Of a DNA stretch of 64,000 nt, positions 25,536 to 36,910 are shown piece after piece. Position 1 is the first letter of the stretch. The number at the start of each line of letters is the position of its first letter. The notes beneath the pieces are model-generated. The model saw only the letters and a list, made by a program, of their open reading frames with translations. It ran no database searches and was not told the DNA's origin. Where the stretch lies: NCBI GenBank assembly GCA_958009085.1, contig OY253672.1, forward strand, positions 1,178,001-1,242,000. Direction: 5' to 3'. Both the position numbers and the translations under genes were made by a program. The stretch comes from Protoeuglena noctilucae (Eukaryota).

Positions 25536-25540
25536 TGTAA
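25536..25540 (+). promoter_or_regulatory. Putative chlorophyte-type polyadenylation signal TGTAA
   Basis: TGTAA lies 8 nt after the sorting nexin stop codon. UGUAA is the known green-algal poly(A) signal. Confidence 0.45.
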
Positions 25541-25770
25541 CGTGTGCAGTGTAGATGTGATAGCTAATTCTCTCCCACTGTACTGTCATGAGATGCTAAG
25601 AGCCCTGTGACGACCATGTGACCTTCCCGTAGAACGTGAAGGTACTGTCACTTCAACTACGAACTCACTGGCGGGGTCTCTTCCCCATGGAAAATCTTCC
25701 CACAAGCCTAGGTAGTAGTCGGCAGACAAGCAGCACAGCGCGAGCCTGGTGCTGCGCTAGTGCTCCGGGG

Positions 25771-25970
25771 NNNNNNNNNNNNNNNNNNNNNNNNNNNNNN
25801 NNNNNNNNNNNNNNNNNNNNNNNNNNNNNNNNNNNNNNNNNNNNNNNNNNNNNNNNNNNNNNNNNNNNNNNNNNNNNNNNNNNNNNNNNNNNNNNNNNNN
25901 NNNNNNNNNNNNNNNNNNNNNNNNNNNNNNNNNNNNNNNNNNNNNNNNNNNNNNNNNNNNNNNNNNNNNN
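25771..25970. other. Assembly gap (200 N)
   Basis: Run of N. It is flanked on the right by a low-complexity coding tract (PEAEAEPEA on the minus strand). Confidence 0.99.
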
Positions 25971-28079
25971 CTGCCTCCGGCTCCGCCTCGGCCTCGGGCA
26001 CCGCCGCGCGCTGGGCCTCGCGCTTGGCGATCTTGGCGGCCTGCTTGCTCTTGAACTCGGCCAGCTTCTCCTCCACCATGGGAAGCTTGCTGGCGCAGTC
26101 GCCGCGCGTCACGGGCGGCGAGATCTTGAGCAGGTTGAAGGTCTTGAGCGTCTCCATTGAGTACGTCACGGGGGACTTCACGGGGTCCGCCTCGGCCTTG
26201 GGCTTCTTGCCCTTGGGGCCCTTGTCCTTCTTCAGCGAGCCGAACATGTCGTCCTCCTCCGCCGTCAGGCGCTTCATTCCGTCGAACGAGTCGATCGCTG
26301 CGGGGCCACGCAAGGCGACCGTCACGGTCACGCAAGGCACGGCACGCGGGCCCCGCCGCGCCCCTGGCCACATCGACACAAAGATGTAGTCCGCGGTCGC
26401 TTCACGCGCTCACCCGCCCCCGCCGCGGCGTCCTCCTTCTTCTCCTTCTTGGGCACGCTGCCCGCCTGCTTCAGGTACGACACGAGCGCCTCGCACGCGG
26501 CGATCTCCTCCTCAAAGGGGTTGGTCTCGATCTCCACGTCCTCCGCGTTGCGCTCGGCGTCGCGACGCTGCGGAAGAGGACAGTGGGTGGGCGCCGTCAG
26601 CCACGGCAACAGGGGACCGTGTCATATGTGACCAGGTACATCCCCTCGGCAACGCCCCGCCCCGTCTCCTCGCCTTCTTCTCCGCCTCCCAGGCCTCCTG
26701 GCGCGCCTTGCGCTCGATGGCGACTTGGGCGCGGAAGATGCGCTCGTTGTCCCACCACTGGTTGTTCCGCTCCTTCCACTCGTCGCGGATTTTGGCCAGC
26801 TCCTCCTTGAGGACGCGGATGACCTCCGACACGGCCTTGCGCTCCGCGACGAGCGTCGGGATGTCCGCCGCCTCCTCCGAGGCCTTGTTCACCACGGCCT
26901 GGAGCTTCTTCGACTCGGCCTCGCGCGCCGCCGTGTTCTCGTCCAGCTTGGCGTTCAGCTCCTTCAACTTCGCGTCCAGCTCCTCCTGCCCGGACGTCTC
27001 CACCTCGGCCTTGTTCATCTGCGGGCGCCGGGGACGGGGCGGGCGGTGGCGGGGACTGCGTCGCCGCGCGTCGCCCTTGTGGCCACGTCACGTCATCGCA
27101 GGGCCCACCTTCGCCTGGTGCTCCTTCACGAGATCGCGGGACTTCTTGAGGGCCTTGATCTGCTCCATGATGCGCTTCTCCTCCTGCAGCTCCAGGGACT
27201 CGTGGGCGATGCGGGCCTCGAGGCGCGCCACCTCCTTGTCGATGTCCTCGACCTTGAAGTAGGAGCCCTGGATGGCCTCCTTGAGCTGCCGGGCCTCGTC
27301 GCGCATCTGCTTGGACAGGTTCCGGAGGCTCTGGAGACGCTCCACGACGTCCTTCTTCTGGTCCTGCAACGGGCGGGCGCAACCGACAACGGGGGTCACG
27401 GCGCGCGGACGAGCCGCGCGCGCGCCCGGGGGCGGCCGCCGTGCGGGCTGGGTGGTTCACGATAAGCGATGCGCGGTTTGCGCCCTCCACGCGCGCGGCC
27501 GGGGCGGCCAACCCACCAGCAGGACGTTGAACTCGGCGCGCAGCTTGGCGATCTTGTCCTTGTGGGCCTGGCCCTGGGACGAGATGCCGTCCTTGGAGTT
27601 CTTCTTGCCCTCGATCAGATCCTTGATCTCGTTCACGCGGTTGTACTGCTCGTCGATCTTCCCCTTCAGCCGGTTCACCTGCGCACATGGGGACCTCCTG
27701 CATTGCCCGGGCGCCGCGCTGCAGATGCAGGGTGATCCCATTGCACGCGAATGCCCCTCCCCGATGCGCGGAGAGCCGCTGGGGCGTCCCCGTGGGCACG
27801 CGGGGCAGAGGCCGCGCTCCACCAGCTTGCCGAACGCGCGCATTCCGCGGGCATCCGCGGAGCCGGCAGCTGAATACGAACGAGTCGGTGAGCACGCGCG
27901 GGGGTCGGATCTCCGGGGAAGCGTCGCGAGCGAGCAGCTCCCGTCCCGGCTCGCACCTGCAGCTCGTGCGCAGTCTTATCCGGCCTCGGGAGCCTCTTGA
28001 CTTTCTGCTTTGGGATGTTCAGCATCTCCTCCGCGGGCTGCTCGGGGGCAGCGGCCGCGATGGTCTCTGCGTCCGTCAT
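25971..28079 (-). CDS. Bfr1 / proton-pump-interactor-like coiled-coil protein; 3' end runs into the gap
   Basis: MTDAETIAAA...KVKRLPRPDKTAHELQ, long coiled coils, IAHESLELQEEKRIMEQIKALKKSR, NPFEEEIAACEALVSYL and VTYSMETLKTFNLLKISPP, a Bfr1-like C-terminal motif. There is also an in-frame upstream ATG at 28136. Confidence 0.7.
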
Positions 28080-28238
28080 CTTGTCGTTTGGGTCGCTGGT
28101 CTCCGGTCTTCGGTAAAGTGCGAAGTCAACGCACATTGATCCCGCTGCTACAGCGAACGCGCCCGCGCCCCTTGAGCCCCGGCAAGCCGCAATGGCAGTG
28201 ACACCGCCAGTCCTGCTTCAACGACCACCCCCCTCGCT

Positions 28239-28948
28239 CTACGCGCTCCCTGGCTCCTCTGGTCGCGGCGCCACGCGAAAGTTTGCGTCCAGATGCGCCC
28301 TCAGAAGCTCATCATTGCTCTTATGCACGGCATTTTTGGTGATGCGCTGTGGTTAGGGGGGGCGGGGCAGGAGCGTCAGCTGGATGGCGAGCACGGCTGG
28401 CTGGCCTGCCCTGTCCTGTGCGGCAAGCTCCTCGCCTCTAGCGTGGCCCACTCGAATCCCTCGCTCGTGGAGCAGTACGCTCGCCGCACTTCCATCACGC
28501 GGAGGGCGAGGGCGGGGTCCTTGGCGAGCAGGGACCGCAGCCAAGCCTCCGGATCGCTCGTGCTCATGTTCGCCAAGTGGTCCGTAAGCAATTGGTACTG
28601 GTTGGCATTGAACGACCCAAGAGACCCTCGTCCGGAGCCCTCGAGCTGCGCCAGGATGATCTTTGCCGCACAGAAGGTAAACAGGCGCTGGAGATGCAGC
28701 GATGCCATCTTCTCTGGGGACCTCCCTGCATGGAGAGTGCCACTCAGTGGAGGATGAGGGGTGTCGGCTGTGTGAGGGGCGGCTCGTGCAGCAACAACTC
28801 GTTCAAAACCCGGCAGGAGCAAAGACTCGCCTCCAAACGAATCGCTGGACACGTACATGCTGCGACAGCGTTGTATTGTTGCCCGGCGACTTGAGTTACT
28901 TCCCCGGCGTGGCCACGCCAGGCCCACGCCCGCGCATGCCAGCGCCAT
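28239..28948 (-). CDS. RBCX: RbcX Rubisco assembly chaperone, chloroplast-targeted (3 exons)
   Basis: Transit peptide, then MYVSSDSFGG|RSPEKMASLHLQRLFTFCAAKIILAQLEG...EAWLRSLLAKDPALALRVMEVRRAY...FEWATLE|RITKNAVHKSNDELLRAHL. Both introns (28726-28830 and 28347-28435) are GC-AG. Confidence 0.92.
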
Positions 28949-29329
28949 CCCCTCGCGGGGGCCGCTCCCCGGCGCTACCACGCCAAGGCTCTCTTTCGCT
29001 GCGAAGAAGGGACGGGGACGAGTGACGGAGGCCCTAATGAGCTCAAACTTGCAACGAACCGTCAGCCGTGCACGCCAGACCCACTTGCTGCGAGCTCCCG
29101 CGGTCTTCAGTTCACCTGGAGGATTCTGGACTGCTTCGTACAGATTTCTGTCCCATCGTCACTCTCCTTTTTCGAGGGCGCAGCGGGACAGCTGCGGCCT
29201 TGCGATCTTCCCTTCGTTCGCTTCGTCTGCCCGCGCCCCGCGGCGTCAGCCTGTCCCTGGTTCGCTTCGGAGTCTGCTTGCCAGGCCTAGCCGCTCCCTC
29301 GCCCTCCGGCCCATGCTCAGCGGCGCAGC

Positions 29330-32300
29330 ATGACGCGGCCAGCGGACTCGGGCGAGGCGCGGCCGCCGATGCCGGCCGCCGGCCGCATCTCCCGCATCGA
29401 GGTGGAGAATTTCAAGTCGTACCGGGGCTTCCAAGTCGTTGGGCCCATGCGGGACTTCACGGCGGTCATCGGGCCCAACGTGAGCCGCGTTGCGCACGCT
29501 GGGCGGGAGCGGCGCGCAGGGCGCCTGTATCGGCGCCCGTCTCACGCGCATCGCGTCTCTCGGATGTCCTGCGCAGGGCGCCGGCAAGTCGAACCTCATG
29601 GACGCCATCAGCTTCGTCCTGGGCGTGCGTTCCCAGCACCTGCGTGGCAACCTGCGCGAGCTCCTCTACAGCCACGCGGATGGCGCAGGCGAGGGCCGCG
29701 GGACGCGCTCACCTGATACTCCGACATCGTCTCTATCCGCTGCGCCTGTTGGCGGACCGCAGCGATCGCTCCAGCGCCCGCAGACGGCACAGCACCGGAC
29801 CACGGGATGGTGCGCCTGGTGTTCGAGCGCGAGCCCGGGCGCGAGACCGTCTTCGAGCGTAGGATCCACCCAGCCTCGTCTTCGGGGGCAGATGCATACG
29901 CCAGCTCGTACAAGGTGGGCAGCGGGGCAAGGGTTGGGCGCCACGGGCCTCGAGGCTCAGCCTTATGCCCTGGGACCTCCCTGCCCCCGCCCCCGCAGAT
30001 CGACGGCCGCACGGTGTCGGCAGAGACCTATACCGGCGAGCTCGAGAGTCTCGGTGTGCTGGTCCGCGCGAAGAACTTTCTGGTCTTCCAGGGCGACATT
30101 GAGAGCGTGGCGAGCAAGACCCCGAAGGTGCACAGCGCTGTGGGCACAAGCGTGAGGGACTGGCGGGGCCCTCCAAGCGCAGCTGGCGATCGCGGATCGC
30201 GTTGCATTCGCGCAGGAGATCACGGCGCTGGTGGAGCAGATTTCCGGGAGCGACTTGCTGCGTCGGGACTACGAGGCGGCGGAGGCACGCAAGCAGGAGG
30301 CGGACGCGCGGCAGATGCTGCTGTTCAGCCGGAAGCGGACGGTGCTCGCGGAGAAGCGGCAGAAGCGGGAGCAGAAGGAGGAGGCGGAGAAGCACCTGAG
30401 CGCACAGAAGGAGCTTCGGGCACTGCAGCAGGAGTACGCGCTGTGGCAGATCCACGTGGCGGTGCGGCAGCTGGCGGACGTGCGCGCGGCCCGGGCCGAG
30501 CTGATCGAGGAGCAGAAGGTGCGTGGGCCGCGGGATGGGGCCGGGGGATAGCGGAGCTGCTTGCCGACACGTGCTTTGGCAACGCTGCCGGCCGTCGCTG
30601 CAGCCTCCTCGCCGCTTCCCCGCTTCTCTAGCCCCCGCCGTTCCGGTCCCGCAACCCGCACCGTCGCTCGTGTTCACCTGCAGGCCAACGCCCGGCGGCT
30701 GGTGGCGAAGGAGGCGGAGGTGGCGGAGCTGGACAAGGAGGCGGCCCGTCAGAAGAAGGCCGTGGTGGTGGCCCGGAAGAAGCTGGCGAGCAAGCAGGCG
30801 GAGGCGGACAAGCACCGGCCGGCGGTGGCGCATTTGCAGGAGCGTGTGGCGCGGCTGCAGAAGGCAACCAAGCAGGAGCGCAAGAGGGCCGCGGAGCTGG
30901 CGGGGGCGCGGGAGGAGATTGAGGGGCAGATCGCCTCGCTGCGAGACGACGCGGCCAAGATTGAGAAGCTGCAGCGAGAGGCGAGGGTGCTGGCAGACAC
31001 CCCATTGCACCGCACTGCACTGCAGTGCCGCACCGTCCACGTTGGGAAAATGCAATGTGCTTTGCTCGTCGCGGGCGCTTCTCATGGCTCCGGTTATCTT
31101 CCACGTGCAGTTTGAGGATGGGGTCGCACGGGACCAGGACGGGGCGGCGCTGGCTCTTGACGCGGAGCAACTGGCCGAGTACAATCGTTGCAAGGGGGAG
31201 GTGGGGGCGCAGACGGTGACGTTGCGGCACGAGATCGACCGGCTGGAGGCGGAGCAGAAGTGAGGCTGGCACTGGGGCGCGGTTGCATGGCGGACGGTGT
31301 GTGTGTAAGGGTGTGTGTGTGAGAAGGGACCCTTTCTATGCACTTGCAGGACGAAGGAGGAGGCCGTTTCGAGGCTGGCGAGCAACGCCATGTCCATCAA
31401 CTCGAGGCGGCACACCTTGACGGCCAAGCAAAAGGACGGCGAGGATCGCTTGGCGAAGCTGCGGGAGCAAGTCGAGGTGAGGGGCGAGATGCAGCGTGGA
31501 TGCCATGACGGGTGCCGAGATGGACGAGACCTGAACTGAGAGTGGCATGGACGTTTGTGTGAGATGTGCGACTCACTCATGAAACCCCTTCGCTGCTCCC
31601 TGTTTCCTGCAGAAGTCCCAGGCTGCGTATGCACAGGCGCAGGCATCCCTTCGCAAGGTCCAGGAGGACTTGAGCGCCACGAGCAGGAAGCGCAGCTTGC
31701 TGACTGCGGACCTGGACAGGGTCGAGGCGCAGATCAGGTGCGGGGAGCGGCGGCGGTGGCGATCGCTGGGTCGGTGGCTGCCGCTGTCGCTTGCGAGGTG
31801 TCGCTGGGACGGTTGCTTACGCAGGGACGCCCGGGCCATGCGCAAGGAGTCGGAGAAGGACAAGAGGAAGGCCGAGGCCGTGAAGTCCATGCAGGCACGC
31901 GGCAGCCAGGCTTGGTGCTTTCACATGCCATGGCACCGACACAGCGACATTGGTCCACGCCGCCGACTGCTCGCAGCTGCCAAGCGAGGCGCCAGGTCGA
32001 TCGAGACGCCGTTTGCTACTTCGTACACGCAGGGCGCGATCAACGGGGTCCACGGTCGCCTGGCGGACCTGGGCAAAGTGACGGAGCGTCAGTTCCGTTT
32101 GGCCCTCACGATGGCGATGAACAAGGACATGGACTCGGTGGTGGTGGAGAACGAGGAGGCCGCCAAGCAGTGCATCCAGGTGAGGCGACCGTGGGGTGGC
32201 CACGGAGCAGACGTGCGGTGGCCGGGCACGGTCGCCGCCCTCTCTTGCCCTTCTCCACGTCCCCTCCTTGCCTCGCTCATTGCCCTATGCTCCCCACCCA

Positions 32301-35300
32301 CCCTGCCTGGATTTGCGCACCTTTCCTGGCGCTCCCCGCAGTTCCTCAAGGACGAGCGCGTGCCTCCCATGACCTTCATCCCGCTGGCTTCAATTGCCGC
32401 CAAGCCCGCCAACGAGCAGCTGCGCACCCTGGGCGACGGAACGCGCCTAGCCATCGACTGCATCGGTGAGTGCATCCATGCGCATGCCAGCATTAGCCAG
32501 TACCAAGACCGCACGGCTGAGCTTCCCAGCACCGCTGGCCCTCGTGCTTGCCGCCCCGGCCACCTCACCCAATGCCAGCCCACCTGTCGTCCCGTGTGAT
32601 GCTTACCCGCAGAGTTCGACGCCAAGTTCGAGCGTGCTTTCCTCTACGCTCTGGGGGATTTCCTGGTGGCAGACACCATTGAGGCAGCCAGAGCATTGGC
32701 GTATGGCCCTGAGAGACACAAGGTGGTCAGCCTGGATGGGACCATCTTCAACAAGTCGGGCACCATCACGGGAGGCATGTCCAGGTGAGTGGCGTGTTAC
32801 GGCTGACTCGCGGGGCCGGCAGGATGCCTCACGGTAGCAAATGCACTCACAGTTGCGTTTGTGATCGCAACACGGACCAGTACCGCCCTCGGTCTGCCTC
32901 CCAAAGCAGTCGATGTCAACGAGCCCGTTGATGGCGAGTCAGTTGACACAAGTCTAACAAACTAAGTCAAAGACACATGGACCAACGACCGTCGCCTTAC
33001 TTCCAACCCCGCAGTGACGTCCAGGCACGCGCCGCGCGATGGGACGACCAGGCCCTGGAGGCCCTGAAGACTCAGCGGGAGAAGCTCCGCTCTCAGCTGG
33101 ACGCCCTGCCCTCCGAACGGGCGCTGCAGGCGGAGGAGCGGGCCCTGGAGGCAGAGGCACGCGCTGCCCAGGAGTCTCTCACAGGCAAGTGCCTGGGGCT
33201 GTGTTGCAATGCAGCAGTGATTGCAGGAGCAGCGTCGTGTGCGAGTGCATGTCAGTGGTGTGCAGATGCGCTATAGTGGTGTGCGGGTGCATGTGTGTGC
33301 CTACCAGTGTCGCTGCTCAACCAACGTCCTCCGCATTATGTGACCGTCCAGTCCACCTCGCCCTGCAACAGCGTGTGACCCTCCCACCCTGCCCATCTTG
33401 TGCCGCACGATGGCCCCCACCCTTCTCATCCCACCCCATTGCCCCACGCAGGCGCCACGGCCGACGCGCGTGCCCTGGAGGAGCGCCTTGCCGGCGTGGA
33501 AGCGGAGCTGCGGTCACTGAACGAGGAGAGGGAACGGACCATCCCGGAACTGACGGGGGCGCGTGCCGCGGTGGACGCCATCAAGCGGCGCATCCAGGCA
33601 GTCAAGTGAGCGTGGTGGCTGCGAAAGGGGCAGCGTGAATGGGGCATGTTGCGGGTCGCACTGGCATGGGTGTTTTGGCCGCCTTTGCGTGCATCATGAG
33701 TTGGATTGGCGTGCATGCACCCTGCCTTGTCCCGTGTGCTTCTCATCAGGCGAGCGTGCGTGTGCCAAAAAGCGCCGGGTAGGTAGGCAGGAACGCCCTC
33801 GTCTCTCGTTGCTACCCCAGGGCGGAGATGGACGCGAAATCGGATCAGATCTTCGCGGAGTTCTCTGCCAAGATGGGCGTGGCGAGCGTGCGGGAGTACG
33901 AGGAGACGAGGCTGAAGCGGCAGACGGAGGTGGCAGAGACGAGGGCAGCGTACAAGACACAGGTGGGTGCATGGCTGGGACCAGGGCAGCGTACAAGACA
34001 CAGGTGGGTGCATGGCGGGAACGCAGGTGGTATGGTGATTGCGAGCAATGTCATCACGTCACTCACTAACGCGATTACAGAGCGGAGGGGATGGAGTTAA
34101 GTCGTGTCTGGTCTGACACAACTGCACCTGGTAGGGCGTTGTTTGGTGCCTGACAGGCCAAGCCTCGTCGTTCTTCTCTGTTGTCCGCAGCTGTCGAAGG
34201 TGGCCAGCAACCTGGAGTACCAGGAGAGCCGCCTGGCCAAGACGGTGGAGGACCTGGGCAAGAGGGAGGCGGTGGTAGCGACAAACGAGGAGGCGCTGAG
34301 GAAAGCCAATGCGGAGCTGAAGGAGGCCGAGGGGCAGCTACGGGCCCTGGAGGCCGCGGTGGCGGAGGTGCAGGCGACGGCGGAAGGTGCGTGGGGCGGG
34401 GGCGGGGGTTGCAAAAACGCGGGTGTGGTGGTTGATGGGATAGGGGGTGACGATGATGATGGGATGGGGAGAGGCGCATGCATGATTCACGGCGACTTAG
34501 GGCCAGCGCTTGGGGGGTGCTGGGGTGGAGAGGGGCGGCGCATGTGGGTTGAGATGCGCATGCGTGTGATCCTCTGTGCCCCGCAGAGGCCCAGGCTCAG
34601 GCGAACGACGCGGCCAAGCGCATGGCGGACGTGAAGCGAGACGTCGCTGCGTGAGTGATGCCGGCATCGGCACAACCCTTGCAGTCCCCTCGCACGCACT
34701 TCATGTCGCGCTTGCCCTCTGCTGGCCATGCACAGCCCCCGTCGCGCCATCCCCCGGTGCCACCCCGGCTCTCGCATTATCACATTGCACAGCTTGCATT
34801 GATCCCTCTGTTCTTCCGCAGCATCGACCGGGAGGTGAAGGCCGCGATGGGTCAGGTGCGGGACAAGGAGGAACGTGCTTCGGACCTGGAGGCGGTCATT
34901 GCCCAGACGGTGCAGCAGGCGCAGATGGACAACGTGGAGCTGCCCAGGAGGGCCGGGGGGGAGACTGAGACAGAAAAGGCGAGGGAGCGGACTGGCACGT
35001 GGATGGTTCACGTTACGTCGCCCTATGCAGAGTGCAGCGCTCTTTTCGCTGTCCATGCCAGCACGCATTCGGCCAATCGCTTACCCCTGTGTCCCCTCAT
35101 CGCCCGCTATCTGCGCAACAGTCGCCTCATGCTTGGTGCTTTTAACATTGCCACGTCTCTTGGCTTTGCAGGACGGGGAGGCCGCGGACGGCGCTGCCGG
35201 GGACACGGCCTATGACTATGACTTCGGCAGAGTGCGGCGGCAGTATTTGAATGTGCCCAACCGCGCCAGGCGCGACGCCATCGACAAGGTGGGGGCCACC

Positions 35301-36527
35301 CATGCAGGGGGTGGGAGCCACGCCATGTCATGTCATGCGCATGTGCCCTCACCCTGTAACACCTGCAACCATGTGTGCCCTCATCCTTTCGCACCTGCAC
35401 CCATGTACCCTCACCCATGTGCCATCACCCATGTGCCCTCACCCTCGCCCCCAGGAGTTCAAGGACAGCATCGCGTCTGTGGCCCAGCAGCTGGACCAGA
35501 TGGCACCGAATCTGAAGGCCATGGAGCAATACGAGGCAGTCAAGCGGCAGGAGAGGGAGCACAATGAGCTGCTGGATAAGGCCAAGGAAGAGGCGCGGGT
35601 GAGAGAGGGCGGGGTGGGAATGGGCACGAGTCCATGCAAGGTTCAGGTCTTACATCTGCTCTTGACAAAACTTGGAAAGGAATGTTCGGATCGAGATGAT
35701 GGGGCGACGTCGCTAAAGTGCTTGGCGTGAATCACGCACCCGTCGATCACCCTCCCCACCCCGCAGGAGGCCACGGCGGAGTTCGAGCGCGTGCACCAGC
35801 AGCGCCTGGCGCTCTTCACGGACGCCTTCGACCACATCTCCCGGTCCATCGACGCCATCTACAAGGAGCTGACGCGGTCGGACGTGCACCCCTTGGGCGG
35901 CATGGCCTACCTGTCCCTGGAGAGCCCAGATGACCCCTTCAACGGGGGCATCAAGTACACCGCCATGCCGCCGTCCAAGCGTTTCCGGGAGATGGAGCAG
36001 CTCAGCGGTGGCGAGAAGACCGTGGCGGCCCTGGCTCTCCTCTTCGCGGTGCACAGCCACCGGCCCAGTCCCTTCTTCATCCTTGACGAGATCGACGCCG
36101 CGCTGGACGCATCCAACATCGCACGCGTGGCGCAGTACATCCGGCAGCGCTCCCGCGGCCAGTGGGACGGGTGCTTCCAGGTGCGGGGCGGTGGGCGGCT
36201 GTTGAGAGACAAGCCAGTAGTCTTTCTCGGTTCTCGACTCGCGGCCAGCCACGCTGTCCGCTATGTCTCTGCGATGATCTTGCAAGGCGGCACGCCAGCA
36301 GCGTCCCCTCGTCTCTGCTGCCACCCTCGCATGTGCCCGTTCCTGCCTCAACATCACGGTGCGACCCACCGTTCCCTGCCCGCCCCGCTCTTACCCAGGC
36401 CATCGTCATCTCTCTCAAGGACGTGTTCTTCGACAAGGCCGACGCCCTCCTCGGCGTCACCAAGAACCTGGAACAGCAGTCCAGCCGAGTGCTCACGTTC
36501 GACCTCTCGGCCTTCCTGGACGCATGA
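29330..36527 (+). CDS. SMC1: Structural maintenance of chromosomes protein 1 (cohesin), multi-exon
   Basis: [11 protein letters not shown]...[47 protein letters not shown], hinge region PPMTFIPL and [20 protein letters not shown]-terminal [59 protein letters not shown]. Confidence 0.96.
33942..34016 (+). repeat. Exact 34-nt direct repeat (41-nt period) spanning an SMC1 exon/intron junction
   Basis: AGGGCAGCGTACAAGACACAGGTGGGTGCATGGC occurs at 33942-33975 and 33983-34016. Confidence 0.9.
35338..35450 (+). repeat. Degenerate intronic minisatellite (~15-nt unit CCATGTGCCCTCAC)
   Basis: Several imperfect copies of CCATGTGCCCTCACC within an SMC1 intron. Confidence 0.6.
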
Positions 36528-36910
36528 GGGGGTTGGGACAGGCACGAGGGGCAGCGAGACTGCGGGACTGCGACGGGCGAGGCGGCGAGGTCGTTCGCAG
36601 GTCGACTGTGCGTCGCGGTCCGGGCAGGCCTCTACCACCAGCCGCTGAATGCAATTTGCGCTGGTTGGGAAGCACGTTTACCTTGGTGTCTGCATGTAGC
36701 AGGATAGCACATAGCCACGTCATGCGCAACGCAACCATGCTGCATGAGAGCAGACGCATCAGCCAGTTTCAAATACGCCCCTGTAGCTTTTGTGCTATGA
36801 CGTTTCTCAGAAACGCGGTGTCGAGTACAGCAACTACAACTACAGGACACGGTCATTGAGCTCACAGCCGATGATTTTTTCGTCAAATAGCCAGACAGTA
36901 TCAGGAGCCC

